61,078 nucleotides of DNA, taken from Folioceros fuciformis. Taxonomy: Eukaryota. A program made the translations under genes and the position numbers. Position 1 is the first letter of the stretch; every line of letters begins with the position of its first letter. Where the stretch lies: contig JBNGIO010006333.1 of assembly GCA_049999805.1 (NCBI GenBank), forward strand, positions 566,792-627,869. Direction: 5' to 3'. Of this stretch, positions 13,846 through 25,953 are shown in pieces. The notes beneath the pieces are model-generated. The model made no database searches, was not told the DNA's origin, and was given only the letters and a program-made list of their open reading frames with translations.

Positions 13846-15812
13846 ATCTTGGGTTGAATATACTTAGAACACTTGTTGTGCTATATACTTAGAGCGCTTG
13901 TTGTACTGTTAAGCACATTTACAAGTCCTTGAAAAGACTGATGACAAATCGATGATTTGCATGAACGATAACATATATACATATTAAACATCATTTACAG
14001 TTGGTTTGCCAGCTAGCGGGCTATGGCATGGCTTCAATTTTCTAAGGCTATGCATGAATGAAATTGAAGGCTCCTTCCCTTCAATTTTCTAAGGCCATGC
14101 ATGAATGAAATTGACAGCTCCTTATATGCTAAGAAGCCGTTGACTTACTTTGCCGCCAGGTTGTAGCTAGTAAGAAAAACCGTGGCTCGTGATGCATTCC
14201 TTGTGCAACACATGGTTCTCGGGATCTACACCTCCATGACAGCTTGTCTTAACTTTTCCTCTTCTTATGCATGGAACAACTTAGTGGTCCTTCACTCTAA
14301 GCTTGCATCCCCTCCCCCTCCTATTGATNNNNNNNNNNNNNNNNNNNNNNNNNNNNNNNNNNNNNNNNNNNNNNNNNNNNNNNNNNNNNNNNNNNNNNNN
14401 NNNNNNNNNNNNNNNNNNNNNNNNNNNNCTCCTATTGATCCCTCGGCCTTGTTGATCCCTCAACCCTCTCCTTGGTTGACTTATTGCTACCTTGGTGCTA
14501 TTGGGAAGTTTGCTTGTTGCTACATGGCTCAACAAGTGAGTTTGCTCACATGTTCCGTTGCAATCTCTTCTACAACTTATCTTTTGGTTGGAGGAGGTGC
14601 TCTTCTCAGTTTTTTGGTGTTGGATTTTCTAGCCAGGTGATTGCTTTGCTGACCACTGCAATTTGTCTAATTGGAAATGTGTTTTGCAAATACCATGAAC
14701 ATCTTAGGACCTAGTTTTTACTTTTCATTACTACTCAAGTGCCATGCATCCTCCATCCTGGCCAAAAAATCCTTGCCAATGATGTCCTTTTTGGAGCTGA
14801 GATGAAGGGAGGGGGACAGAGGGGTTGCCCCACCAACAACTGGCTTTGGGCATGTACAATAAGCCAAGATGTGCACTTGCTTGATGTGCTTGGGATAATC
14901 CTCCAAATTGTTTTAATGTGATGCATTGATTTCATGCCATAAGTGTATTGCTAATAAGGTGATGGTGAGCTAGAAAATTGATAATGCTGTGACAAGATCT
15001 CTGGATTGAAATTTTTGATATTGGGTGAGAGTATGTGACCATGTTTTGTAGTTTTTTCATGAGTGCACTAACATCAGCACTCTATGTGATCCAAGGTCTC
15101 CCTATCACCTCGTAAATAAACCAAGGCTAATGAGTGTGAGTCCTCAAAAGAGGCAATTGGCAAGCCATGGTGGCTTGAATATATACATACGTATACAGTA
15201 GCGTGCGTACAAAAGAAATTGGATGGCCAGTGGGCTGTTAGAGAGGATGTGAGGTGGAGGTCAGCTGTTTTGTCGCGTGGCCTGGGTGGAGTAACCTTCT
15301 GGCCTCCAGTCCCCCGGACCCCCGGGAGTAGAGCCGCTTTGGGTCATCTGGGGCAGGTGCTTCTGCAACGCCTCCTTCTTGGTAGCCGGGCCGGGCCTGG
15401 GTCCTTTGGTCNNNNNNNNNNNNNNNNNNNNNNNNNNNNNNNNNNNNNNNNNNNNNNNNNNNNNNNNNNNNNNNNNNNNNNNNNNNNNNNNNNNNNNNNN
15501 NNNNNNNNNNNNNNNNNNNNNNNNNNNNNNNNNNNNNNNNNNNNNNNNNNNNNNNNNNNNNNNNNNNNNNNNNNNNNNNNNNNNNNNNNNNNNNNNNNNN
15601 NNNNNNNNNNNNNNNNNNNNNNNNNNNNNNNNNNNNNNNNNNNNNNNNNNNNNNNNNNNNNNNNNNNNNNNNNNNNNNNNNNNNNNNNNNNNNNNNNNNN
15701 NNNNNNNNNNNNNNNNNNNNNNNNNNNNNNNNNNNNNNNNNNNNNNNNNNNNNNNNNNNNNNNNNNNNNNNNNNNNNNNNNNNNNNNNNNNNNNNNNNNN
15801 NNNNNNNNNNNT

Positions 15813-15852
15813 GCCCTGCCCTGCCCTGCCCTGCCCTACCGTTACCCTACCC
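15813..15852. repeat. (GCCCT)n microsatellite next to a 400-N assembly gap
   Basis: TGCCCTGCCCTGCCCTGCCCTGCCCTACC directly follows the N run. Confidence 0.7.
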
Positions 15853-16603
15853 TAGTACCCTGCCAAGGCTAGCTTGCGTGGAAGCCATTTATGCCCCTGA
15901 CAAAAGAAGAAAAGAGAAAAAAAAAAAGCGTTCCCCGTTGCGGGCCCCAACTGAAGCCAACCCCGTTCTCCTCTCCCTTCCAGATATACAGACATACACA
16001 CATGGAGTATTTATGTTCACACGTACGTGTGTGGACATGACATGATACTCTTTATATGCCTTGAGGTCCGGAGCCGAACGTCGCGCGATGTGGTTCGGGG
16101 GAGCGGCAGGCAAGAAAGCATCCGATGCCGAATGCCGACTCCCGACTGCTTCTTTCTTGTCTTGTGGGCGTGTCCCCACGGGCCCCGGACCCCCATGCTC
16201 TCTCTACCGCTCATCATTGGACTTCAAATTATGTACAATAGAATAGAATATACCTACCATATAATGCAATAAGAGAGCGGGGTCCTGGACCTGGACCTGG
16301 AACTGGAGGAGTGGAGTGGAGTGGAGTGTGCTCACCTCGTGGCATGAGTGTCCCGTCCCGTTCCGTCGAGGCCTGCGCCTGGGCCTGGGACTAGAGACAA
16401 CCACCAGACTAGACCAGGGTTGGAATTACATATAATAGACGTTGAAAAGCAAAAAGAGGGGAGAAGAAAATGCGGCAGAGTGGAGGCTCTCTACAAGGGC
16501 CATTCCAAGCCCGGTGGGTGCCACGGACTTGAAGTGGTATAGTGTAGACTATATACATACATACATTACATGCCAAGCAGTGAAAAGGTAAAGGACACGA
16601 ATG

Positions 16604-16702
16604 GAAAGGAAATGAAAGGAAAGGGAAGGAAAGGAAGAGGAAAGGAAGAGGAAAGGAAGAGGAAAGGAAGAGGAAAGGGAGAGGAAAGGAGAAGGAGAGA
16701 GG
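16604..16702. repeat. Polypurine (GGAAAGGAAGA)n-like simple repeat
   Basis: About 100 bp that is almost entirely A/G, with GGAAAGGAAGA units. Confidence 0.75.
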
Positions 16703-18234
16703 GTGAGGCTGATGAGGCTCAGGCTCAGCTGCTGAGCCTGATGAATCAGTTCACGCATTTCTCGCGTTGACTTACCGTCCACCCCAAGGGTCTCGTCTCG
16801 GCTTAGGAGGGCACATCCGCAACCCGCAACGGGCTTCCGGCGCCCGCTCTTAGTACTGCTTCCGCAACCCTTTGAGGCCCGAGCCTGCTTTGGTCGCGGC
16901 TAGGGCCTGCTGCTGCTCTCCCTTCACCTCCTCTCTCTCTCCCAGGGTCCCAGGTAAGCGGGGGAGGCCTTGTCTGCGCCTGCTCCTGCTCCTGCTCTTG
17001 CTCCTGCACCTGCAGGACTCCTCCTCCTCTCACAGGAGCCTTCCTTCCTGCCTTCTTCCGCGCTCTCGCGTCTCATCAGCGTCTCCTCCGCAGACGGAAG
17101 AGCCTCTGCAAGAGCCCGCGCCCCTGCACCGGCTGCGCGGCCCTGGCTTGCGGCTGCCGTCCTGCCGCTGCGACGCGCGCCCGGGCCGCCGGCCTCTGCC
17201 CTCCTTCCTGCCTCCTTCCTCCTGCCAGCCACCCACCGGGTCTCCGCTCCTGCCTGCCTCCCTTCTCTTCCTCCTCCTCCGCTCTCCGCGTCTTCCTCCT
17301 CCGCCCGCTCTGCTTCCGTTGCTCATCTGGAGCCTTCCCGGCGCGTGCCCAGATTCTGCCCTGCTCCTGCGTTTACATTGGGGAAGTTCTCGCCGGCCCC
17401 TTCCTCGCGGCCGGACGCGGGCCCGCCGCTCGCACCCGCCTCCTTGCTTGATTGCGCTAGCTTGTTGGAGGCTTGGGCTTGCATTATCCAGCGGGGCATG
17501 TTTCTGTCGCTCCCACCCCTTCCCCTCTCCTCCCCTCGAGGATCTCTCGCCCCAAGCTCCCGTACCGTGAGCTGAGGGGGAATTGTTGCCTCAGCTGCGA
17601 TCGACGGCCCCGCCCCGCCCTGCTTGCTCTCCGCCCCTTCGACTGCAGCGGCTCCTGCCGCTGACTTGAGGACGCCACCTCCTGCCTGTGTTTTTACGCC
17701 TTGCCACTCGCCGCTTGCTCTGCCGACACCAACTGCCTGCCTGCGATCCGGGGGAGGGCGGGGGACCTGCGCGCCGGACCTCATCGCATTTTCTTGCAAT
17801 CAGTTTGCGCCCCACCCAGTGTGGCTTTGCTCTGGCAGGTATGTCTGCGCCGCTGCCTCTCCTCTTTCCTTCTTGCTGCCCCTCTTCCCCATCCTCTTAC
17901 CGCATTTCTTGCTACCTGCTCCTCCTCCTCACTCTGCGCAGTAGGGCTTCTCTGCTTAAACCCTGTTTTCTGCCCCCGCTCTGGTTGCCATGCTCGCATT
18001 ACTCTGTCCCGCCGCTGACCTCCTATCCTGCCTGCTGCCTCTGCTGTGTAACGCCATGTACTCGTATGGATTTGTGCTCATCGTGTTGTGCTTCGTTTTG
18101 GCAGCTGCCCGTCGTCGCCTTGCTTCTCTATTCTGCTCACAGCCTCGCCTGCACCTTGCTGCAGGTGTGCTCTACCATGGGATGCCTGCTACCGTATTCT
18201 CAATGACTGACTGCTCTTGCTCCACTCAGCAACG

Positions 18235-20060
18235 ATGACCCTTGTCATGGCTGAGAAAGATCAACCCATTTTCCGAGATTTTTTGGGAATTGGCTACAGA
18301 GATGACATCAAGCAGGTCACTGCAGTTCCGTCTGAGGTGCTCGGAGCCACTCACGCCAACGCTGCTTATGACGATCATGCTGAAGCCCATCTCAAGCCTT
18401 GCTTGCCACACAGACAAGCCCTCACATTCTCCCCACCCGGAAATGTAGCTGGAGCCGTAGCTGGAGCTGGGTCTCCACTTGGAATAGCCATGCCCAGCTC
18501 TTCTGACCCTGGATCAGGTGCACTTCCCTTCCTGCACCAAGCTGCCTGCCCAATTCTCTCACTCTTGTCAGGCACCGAATTTTTCTTTCTCATTGCTTCT
18601 GCTGCTGCTACTTCTATAACAAGGGTCTCCTTTTGTTTTCTCATTGTCTCTCTCCCTCAGATCGAGACCGCTGGTCACGTGGCCCGAAAAGTGGAACTCT
18701 CAATCATGGTATGGCAAGTGCTTTCTACAGGCTCGAACCTGATACTCGCACTGCCGAGAAGCGTGACCTGGGATCAACTCGAGAGTCACTGCAAGAGCGG
18801 CTGCAAATGAGTGTGGAAGCGCTTGAAGCCGGCAGACCACCGAAGGTACGTACCTTGCTCTCTTGCCTCAAACTCAGATAGATTACAAGTCTTGCCTTTT
18901 CATCACCCTTCTTTTCTCTTGGTGTAATGGGTGATGCCTGCGCATTAGCTGCCGGAGGAAATGGCTGACGTTCCTGAAATGACATGCTTTGTTTCTCCGG
19001 CAGCAATCTCGAATTGGAGACAAGGACTTCACTCCTTCCTCAGATGATCTACGACTTTCGATGCAGCCCCCGCGCCAGTCTGCCAAAGCTGGCCCTTCTT
19101 GGCTACAGAATTCCGTTCCTAAACCAGATACTTCTCCGGCCCGGAGCTCAAAGCGCGCGGGATCAGAGCGGGTCAAGTCTTTCACTAATGGTCTTACCGT
19201 GCCTCGTCTCAGTCAGCCAGGTGCTCCAGACCGAGCTTCGCGTGAGCTCCACAATACCGCCACACCTGTTTTGGCGAGACCTGCAGCCGATGAAGGATCT
19301 AGAACCGGACTCCAAGGTCCAGGCATCGGGCCACTTATCAATGGGACTGTTGGAGCACCTCCCACTGGGCCTTCGTGTGCTGCAGATGGCCAGACTCGAA
19401 GACCCAAAGTTACCAGAAGCACTGGCTCTGACAGTCTTCCACCTTCAAGGTAAACAAGTCTGCATCTGGTGAGGGTGTCATCAGGTTGCTGTCCTGTTGG
19501 ATTTTCGTTTTGTAATTCCTGTCGTGTTTTGGGTATTTGCAGTCGTGTAGTTGCAGCTCCTGCCAGCAGACAGCTCACCATTTTCTACGGTGGCCAAGCC
19601 CATGTCTTTGATGATGTGCCGCCTGACAAGGTGAGTGATGAGGGTTGGGACCATTTCATTTTCAAGTAAAGTTGGGTTCTCCCTCTCATCCGTCTTGAAG
19701 ATCCATCCCAACTGAGGTCTACCCGTCTTGTAGGCGGAAGACGTAATGACCTTAGCTGGCTCATATGGTCGGTCATGGTCAACCACGTATTCACCTCGGC
19801 CTAGCAACAGCATGCAGACGTCAGCAAGTGACGGATCCTTGTCTGCTCTCGGAAGGGATAGAGAGAAAGAGACCAGTTTGAGGGGGCAGTCTGTTAGTAG
19901 TGCTGGAATCGTGGGGCATAATCCAGAAGTGCAGACTCTACTCCAAGGCCTGGCGCAGTCTGGAATCGGAGGTGGCCGACCTGGTGCGCTCCCGGTGCTC
20001 CCTGTACCAATTTATCCACCCTTCAACAACGCAGACTCGCGTGGGGGCCCAGGTTGTTGA
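18235..20060 (+). CDS. TIFY8: TIFY/ZIM-domain protein, TIFY8-like (no Jas motif seen), 5 coding exons
   Basis: N-terminal PIFRDFLG, ARPAADEGSRTG and QLTIFYGGQAHVFDDVPPDK/AEDVMTLAGSYGRSWSTTYSP. GT-AG introns join the exons in frame. ATG at 18235, TGA ends at 20060. Confidence 0.85.
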
Positions 20061-21850
20061 ACGGTTTCTGCATGGGCTGAAGAGCAGATTGCTGTGGGAG
20101 TTCCCTTTTGAAAAGGGATCTCTCTTTTTCCAGGGGAGTGACACCTTTGAACTGGTATGGCACTCAGATTGGGTCGCGAATGGGTCCAAGCAAGCAAATG
20201 GCAGATCTGTTCCCCTGCCCACACCATGCAATACTGATCCCGGGCACGATGTATGTGTATTTTTCGAGTGAAAGACTTTTGTATTGCTGCATCATATGGA
20301 GTGTCGTGGATTCTGATCAGGAAAAACCATGTTGTGGTAGGGACTGTTATGTATCCTCATGATGTCTTCGGGTCATTTCAGGGGCTCAAAGGTCAGAAGT
20401 GGATGTGAAGTGCCCACGTCTCAATGCTGTTCCCGGGGAGGTGGAGCAGGCCGCTAGGTGAAGCACTTTCGCTGGATGCGTGGTGAGCCCGGCTGACACA
20501 CGCTGACTTGGTAGTATTTAGTCATTGCTGATGTACAATACCACGGCTAACTTTTGGCTGAGCGGGCTGATGCAATTTGTTTCCATAGCCCGGCTTTTGT
20601 AAATACTTTTGAAAATGCAGAGAATCGGAGAGGCTGTGCCTGCTTAACTTGCACTACCCTTTCCTAGCGTTTAATTGTCAGGGCCAGCGTGGGTGTTCGG
20701 TGTGCATGCTCTGTTTTATGATATGCTGGCATGAAGAGGAGCATCTAACTATCCTGTTCGTGAATCAGCACTGCACGAAAACATGATCGGAAGCATGGCT
20801 CATCCTGCGTTGCTGTTTGAAAATCTAGCGGGGGCAGATAAGTGCCGTGATTCTTTTGCGGTTAAACCACCTTCGTTGGAAATTCGCTTCAGAGATTTTC
20901 TGTTTCATTCCGCCAGAGTGGATACAGTGAAATGATTGACACCTTCCTTGTCTGAAGTGGAAACGAGAGTCGAAAGAAACGGAAGACGAACACCGGTGTG
21001 GAGGGTAGATGGGAAAAATATACCAAAGGTCTCCGAAGTATGCATCACCAAAACACAAGTGTCGCCACGAGAGTTGACAAACGTACCAAACAACATAGTT
21101 GGTGACGATAGAATCTCAACGTCCAAGGGTTTCTTTTCGCCCGCCGGGAGTGTGCAAGACACACGTGGCCCTGATTCATGTTGCAGTCTCCACAATCGAG
21201 GAAACTGCGAACGAGACAAGTTCATCAAGCGAGAACGACAAAACACACAACTGGCGATCTCCAACCCAGCTGTCTGGGCAATTTCCGGAGTCCTCTCGGA
21301 TTGGGATAGGTGTTTCCCGCCACTTTCGAGGATACAACGGTAATAACCATTTCAATTTCAGTTGTGGTCAAGGAACGACGTATGTATGAACATCTTCCAT
21401 CCCAGTAGTGGTCAGGGAAAGGCAAGGTCTAGATATTTTTACGACACAGATTTCAACAACTGTTCCCGGGCAGGTTCCGCCCCTAAAAGTACAGAAAGGA
21501 GACCCTTTTTCGAACAATTTTAGGGTTGCCGGGAGTACAGGAATGAATGAAGCCGAACCAGAAAATTTGGTGGCAAACACACGTTTGCACGACTGAGAAC
21601 AAAATGTGGTACAAAGAAAGTCTAAGAAGAAGAAAATTTCTCCCAATTCGTCGACGGCAAGGAGAGCTAATCTGCTCGCGCGGAGGCAGAAAGAATCAGT
21701 TTGACATGAAGCCTATTGTACACATCTGAACTACGATAGCGAAACAAAGACCGCCCACATCCATGAAAGTCGTCAGACGTCAAAGCACCAAGTAATTCGG
21801 ATCCCGCCCCCGACACATGTGCCGCACCTCAAAACCTTTCATCCACGCAA

Positions 21851-22366
21851 TCACGCCTGGAAAAGTGTGTAGGGAAACGCGTCCAGGGGGTGGATGAGGT
21901 ACGTCAGAACCAGGGCAGCGAAGACCAGGACGTATGCAATACCCTGGTCAACAGCCATGCCTACAAAACAGAAACACAGCGGTTAGCCCTCGCCGACACA
22001 CCCGAACAGCGACTCTCACGCAAAGCAAGAAGCAGCAACCCTAACACTATCTGTCGGAAGACGAAAGTTCAGTAACCATGCCCGCTACCCCAAGGACAAA
22101 ACCGAAACAAAACGAGAAGAAACACAAAGGAAAAAAATAAAAAAAGGCGCAGGTTCGTCGTGGCTCATCAGCAAGCAAGCAAGGGGTAAGAGGCAGAAGC
22201 CAATGCAGCTAGGAAGCCGAGGGCAAGGAAGCAACTCACCATCATTGGAGGGCGCAGGCGCGGGCGCGGTGGCAGCCTGGGCAGCAGGCGCCATGGCGGC
22301 CATGCACAGCACGGCGAAGAAGAAGAGAGCGACTCCGCGCCTGAGGACCGCGCCGCCCATAGCCAT
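21851..22366 (-). CDS. Arabinogalactan peptide (AGP16/20/22/41 family), 2 exons (22366-22240, 21960-21851)
   Basis: Signal peptide, then APAPAPSNDG / MAVDQGIAYVLVFAALVLTYLIHPLDAFPYTLFQA*. GT-AG intron at 22239-21961. The ORF track misses exon 2. Confidence 0.9.
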
Positions 22367-23794
22367 GGATGGAGAAGCTAAAGGCTGGAGGCTGAACGGT
22401 GCAGAGGCGGCGGCGGAGACGCAGGAGGAAGTCGGAGCACCAGCGACGGAGCAGGCAGGCGTGGGCACTGCACTGACGCTCTTGCAAGCAGAGGCCGTGG
22501 GCAGAGCAAGAGCGAAAACCCAATGGTGCTCGGAGGCTTGCGCCGCGCTCTAAAAAAGAGCTCAGGGCAGGCGGTGACAGCGCAGGATGACGGTGCAGCC
22601 AGAGGCGACCGCGTGCAAGGAATAGCAAGCACTGGACACAAGGGTAGGAAAGAAGAAAAGGAGTCGCGACTCAGGCAAGCACAGGTGGCTGGCAGGCAGG
22701 TCGGAGGGAAGCGGGAGCAGGAGCGGAGGCGTTGCTCCGCTGTGCGTGTTGTCTGGGCCTTTTGGCTGGGCCCGCCGGGGGTGTGGTCGCGCCTGCCTCC
22801 CTTTCCCCGTTCCTTCTCTGTCTACACACTCTCTCTACCACCCCCATTTTATTCCGCAACGTTCCAGTCCTCAAGTGGTTGAGGTGCGCACCCAGATGCC
22901 AACCTTGTTAGCAGCATATCTATGCATAGAGCGGCCAACGGGGCAGCGGGCCGGGGACTCGGCTCGGCTGCCAGCAGGTTGTAGTAATGGCCACTCCCTG
23001 ACTGCGGGCTGCAGACTGCAGGCACTGCAGGCTGCACGACCCCAGCAACAATTGGTCCCCCCGGCCCTTGCTTCGCCCCGGCTTTGGCACTTGCCCTTGC
23101 TTTCCTCTGCCTCTGTGTCTGCCAGCCACAGAAGCAGTGGTCAGGCGCCAGAGCAGGAGAAATGTCGCATGTGCCGCCGCATGTGGTCGCAACAGCAATT
23201 TGAATCTGTGTGGGGCCAGGCCGTCCGTCTCGTCCCGCCTCACCTCGCCTTGCCTTGCCATTGCCTCCCCTCGCCTCTCCCGCTTCCTCATTAATCAGCG
23301 CCGTGCCGTGGCCCGGCCTCCAACCCGTCCCCTCTCATGGAACCAGGCGGCCATACGGCTCCCGGAGTCGCGCACTTCCCTTCGATCAATGACTCCTCCT
23401 CCCGATCTCGGCAAGTTCATCTCACGCCTCTCGTGTTTCTCCGCGCCTCGCGGTGAACTACCTTCTCCAGATTCCAGCCTCTTGCGACGCGTGTGCCGGC
23501 GGGACTCCGTTACTGGGAAGTGGGAAGTGGGACTGGGAAGTGTGTGACTTGACTACAATATCGTCACGACTCACTTTTCGCATAACCGATTAGGTTAGGT
23601 CAGGTACACATGTGCTTAATCCTGTGGTTGGGATTCTGGATGCCAACATATTGCGTAGGTTATGTGGATTTTTTCAAAACGAAGCATGTTTGTGTCATTG
23701 ATGTTGCTGTGGTTGTTATGTTATGAATTCTATTATGGATTTGATTTGCAAGCACATCATCAATCATCCCTGGATGGGTAATAGAAGCTCCAAC

Positions 23795-23897
23795 GTTCAT
23801 AAGCCAAGGATGGGTAATGGAGGTTTGTGCAAGTGCCAAAGTTCATAAGCCAAGGATGGGTAATGGAGATTTGTGCAAGCGCCAAAGTTCATAAGTA
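23795..23897. repeat. ~46-bp tandem duplication
   Basis: GTTCATAAGCCAAGGATGGGTAATGGAG.TTTGTGCAAG.GCCAAA twice, plus a partial copy. Confidence 0.75.
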
Positions 23898-24044
23898 TTC
23901 TCCATGTAAGACGAGCTTAGATTCATCGGATGGTGGGCATGGACTTTTCAAGGTTCATCGAAGAGTGGCCAAGGTTTATCAAAGTCATAGAGCTTTTCAA
24001 AGAGTATAGAGCTTTGCAAAGAGCATAGGCCAAAGCGGTTTACA

Positions 24045-24712
24045 CAATAGCAACAAGGCGTAGATCAAGCAGCTTCTTGGACACCAAATAGCAACAAGGC
24101 GTAGATCAAGCAGCTTCTTTGGCACCAAACAGCAACAAGCATAGGTCAAGTGGCTTCTGTGGCACCAAATAGCAACAAGCGTAAGTCAAACGGCTTCTTT
24201 GGCACCAAATAGCAATAAGCGTAAGTCAAATGGCTTCTTTAGCACCGAACAGCAATAAGCGTAAGTCAAGCGGCTTCTTTGGCACCAAACAGTAACAATT
24301 GTAGGTCACCAAACAACAACAAGCGTAGGTCACGCAGCTTCTTTGGCGCCAAACAGCAACAAGTGTAGGTCAAGTGGCTTCTTTGGCACCAAACAACAAC
24401 AAGCATAAGTCAAGTGGCTTCTTTGGCACCAAACAGCAACAAGCATAAGTCAAGTGGCTTCTTTGGCACCAAACATCAACTAGCGTAGGTCAAGTGGCTT
24501 CTTTGGCACCAAACATCAACTAGCGTAGGTCAAGCGGCTTCTTTGGCACCAAACAGTAACAACTATAGGTCACTAAACAGCAACAACTGTAGGTCACCAA
24601 ACAACAACAACTATAGGTCACCAAAGAGTAACAAGCGTAGGTCAAGCGGCTTCCTTGGCACCAAACAGCAATAAGTGTAGGTCACCAAAGAGCAACAAGC
24701 GTAGCTTAAGCG
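24045..24712. repeat. Minisatellite of 40-bp units mixed with 24-bp deletion units
   Basis: The 40-mer CACCAAACAGCAACAAGCATAAGTCAAGTGGCTTCTTTGG and the 24-mer CACCAAACAGTAACAACTATAGGT repeat head to tail. Confidence 0.9.
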
Positions 24713-25953
24713 TAGTAAAATTTTTATGTTATTCTACATCATGACATTTTGGGAGTAGCAAATTTTTTATGAGAATGTTAGTACTTTGGCCTTCTCGCGT
24801 TATTCCTCCAATCTTTGGAGTAATGGAACTTTTCATCTCTTTTCGAAGAATAAAAAATACTCTATTTTTATAACTTTGTTTCCATTGAATTATTAGAACA
24901 TACTTAGATAAAATAAGGTATATTTTGAGCAACCTCTAAGATGAAAAAACATAAATTAAAATAAATATTTTTATCTTTTTTTTTCCATTACTTGTTTATA
25001 TTCTTCACCTTGTCATCATAATATCAGCAGTTCTAAATTTAATCCTTATCATGTACATGCATATAGTAGAGTTTAATGTTACGCAAGTCTTGAAGTTAGT
25101 TAATGTACTTTAGACTTTGAAATCCTCATAACTCATACTCATTCAATATTTTTATTATAATATTATAAAAATTCATAGTTCAAATTGTAATTCTTGATAT
25201 GTGGTGGCAATATAGAATTCGTGTAAACTAACTAACAAAAGTAGTGGGAGCAACTCCAATTGTTGTCAAAGAGTTAAGGCTTGGCTTATAAGATAAGTTT
25301 AAGACTTGGTTTATGAGCAACCTACATGTATCTCAAGGAGACATAGAAGAAGCTTAAACTCTTCTATCCTTCCAAGGGTTTGTTTATATTATAAATTTGT
25401 TTTTCTTATATCATAATTTCCTTTTCCAGGTTGGTTTCTGGCTTATCTCTCCTTTCAAGTTTTTGTTAATGTAAGTTTGAATTGTTATTTTTTTATACTG
25501 ATAAATATCTTTCTTAACTGATATGAGCTGAGAAATAAAACTACTATACTTAAAAACTTAACTTATATGGGTGCCAAAGAGTCGTCAAAGACGCTATACT
25601 TAATTACCATGCGGTGGATGTGGTGTCTGATTTATGCTTAAGTTGTAGAGGTTCTTACACTTAACCGCGGCATCATCCAGACTGAAGTGGTTCAAAACGC
25701 CGGCAGGGCTTTGAAAAGAACGAACGAGCGCTGGCAGCTGCGATCTGGATGAGACGGTTTGGCATTGCACTGCGAGTTGCATTTCCGCAATTCAGCACTG
25801 GGTTGTCGCAAGACACTTTGAAGAATGGGATCCATGGACTTTTAATTCAGCTGGGAACGGTCCGGGACGAGTGGCGGCATTGGCTGCCGCGAGTGACAGT
25901 ATGACGGTTGGTTGCATGCCGTGATTGCGTAGAAGCGATATCGGAGGTTCAAG

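Noticed and set aside
16872-18206. Several 100-230 aa Pro/Leu/Ala-rich ORFs
   Set aside because: They come from GC-rich low-complexity sequence, mostly start at non-ATG codons, and contain no recognisable domain.
20825-21729. Cluster of short ORFs between the TIFY and AGP genes
   Set aside because: No recognisable motifs or consistent exon chain; probably UTR or intergenic sequence.
24045-24712. CRISPR-like regular array
   Set aside because: The units are head-to-tail with no unique spacers, there are no cas genes, and the context is eukaryotic.
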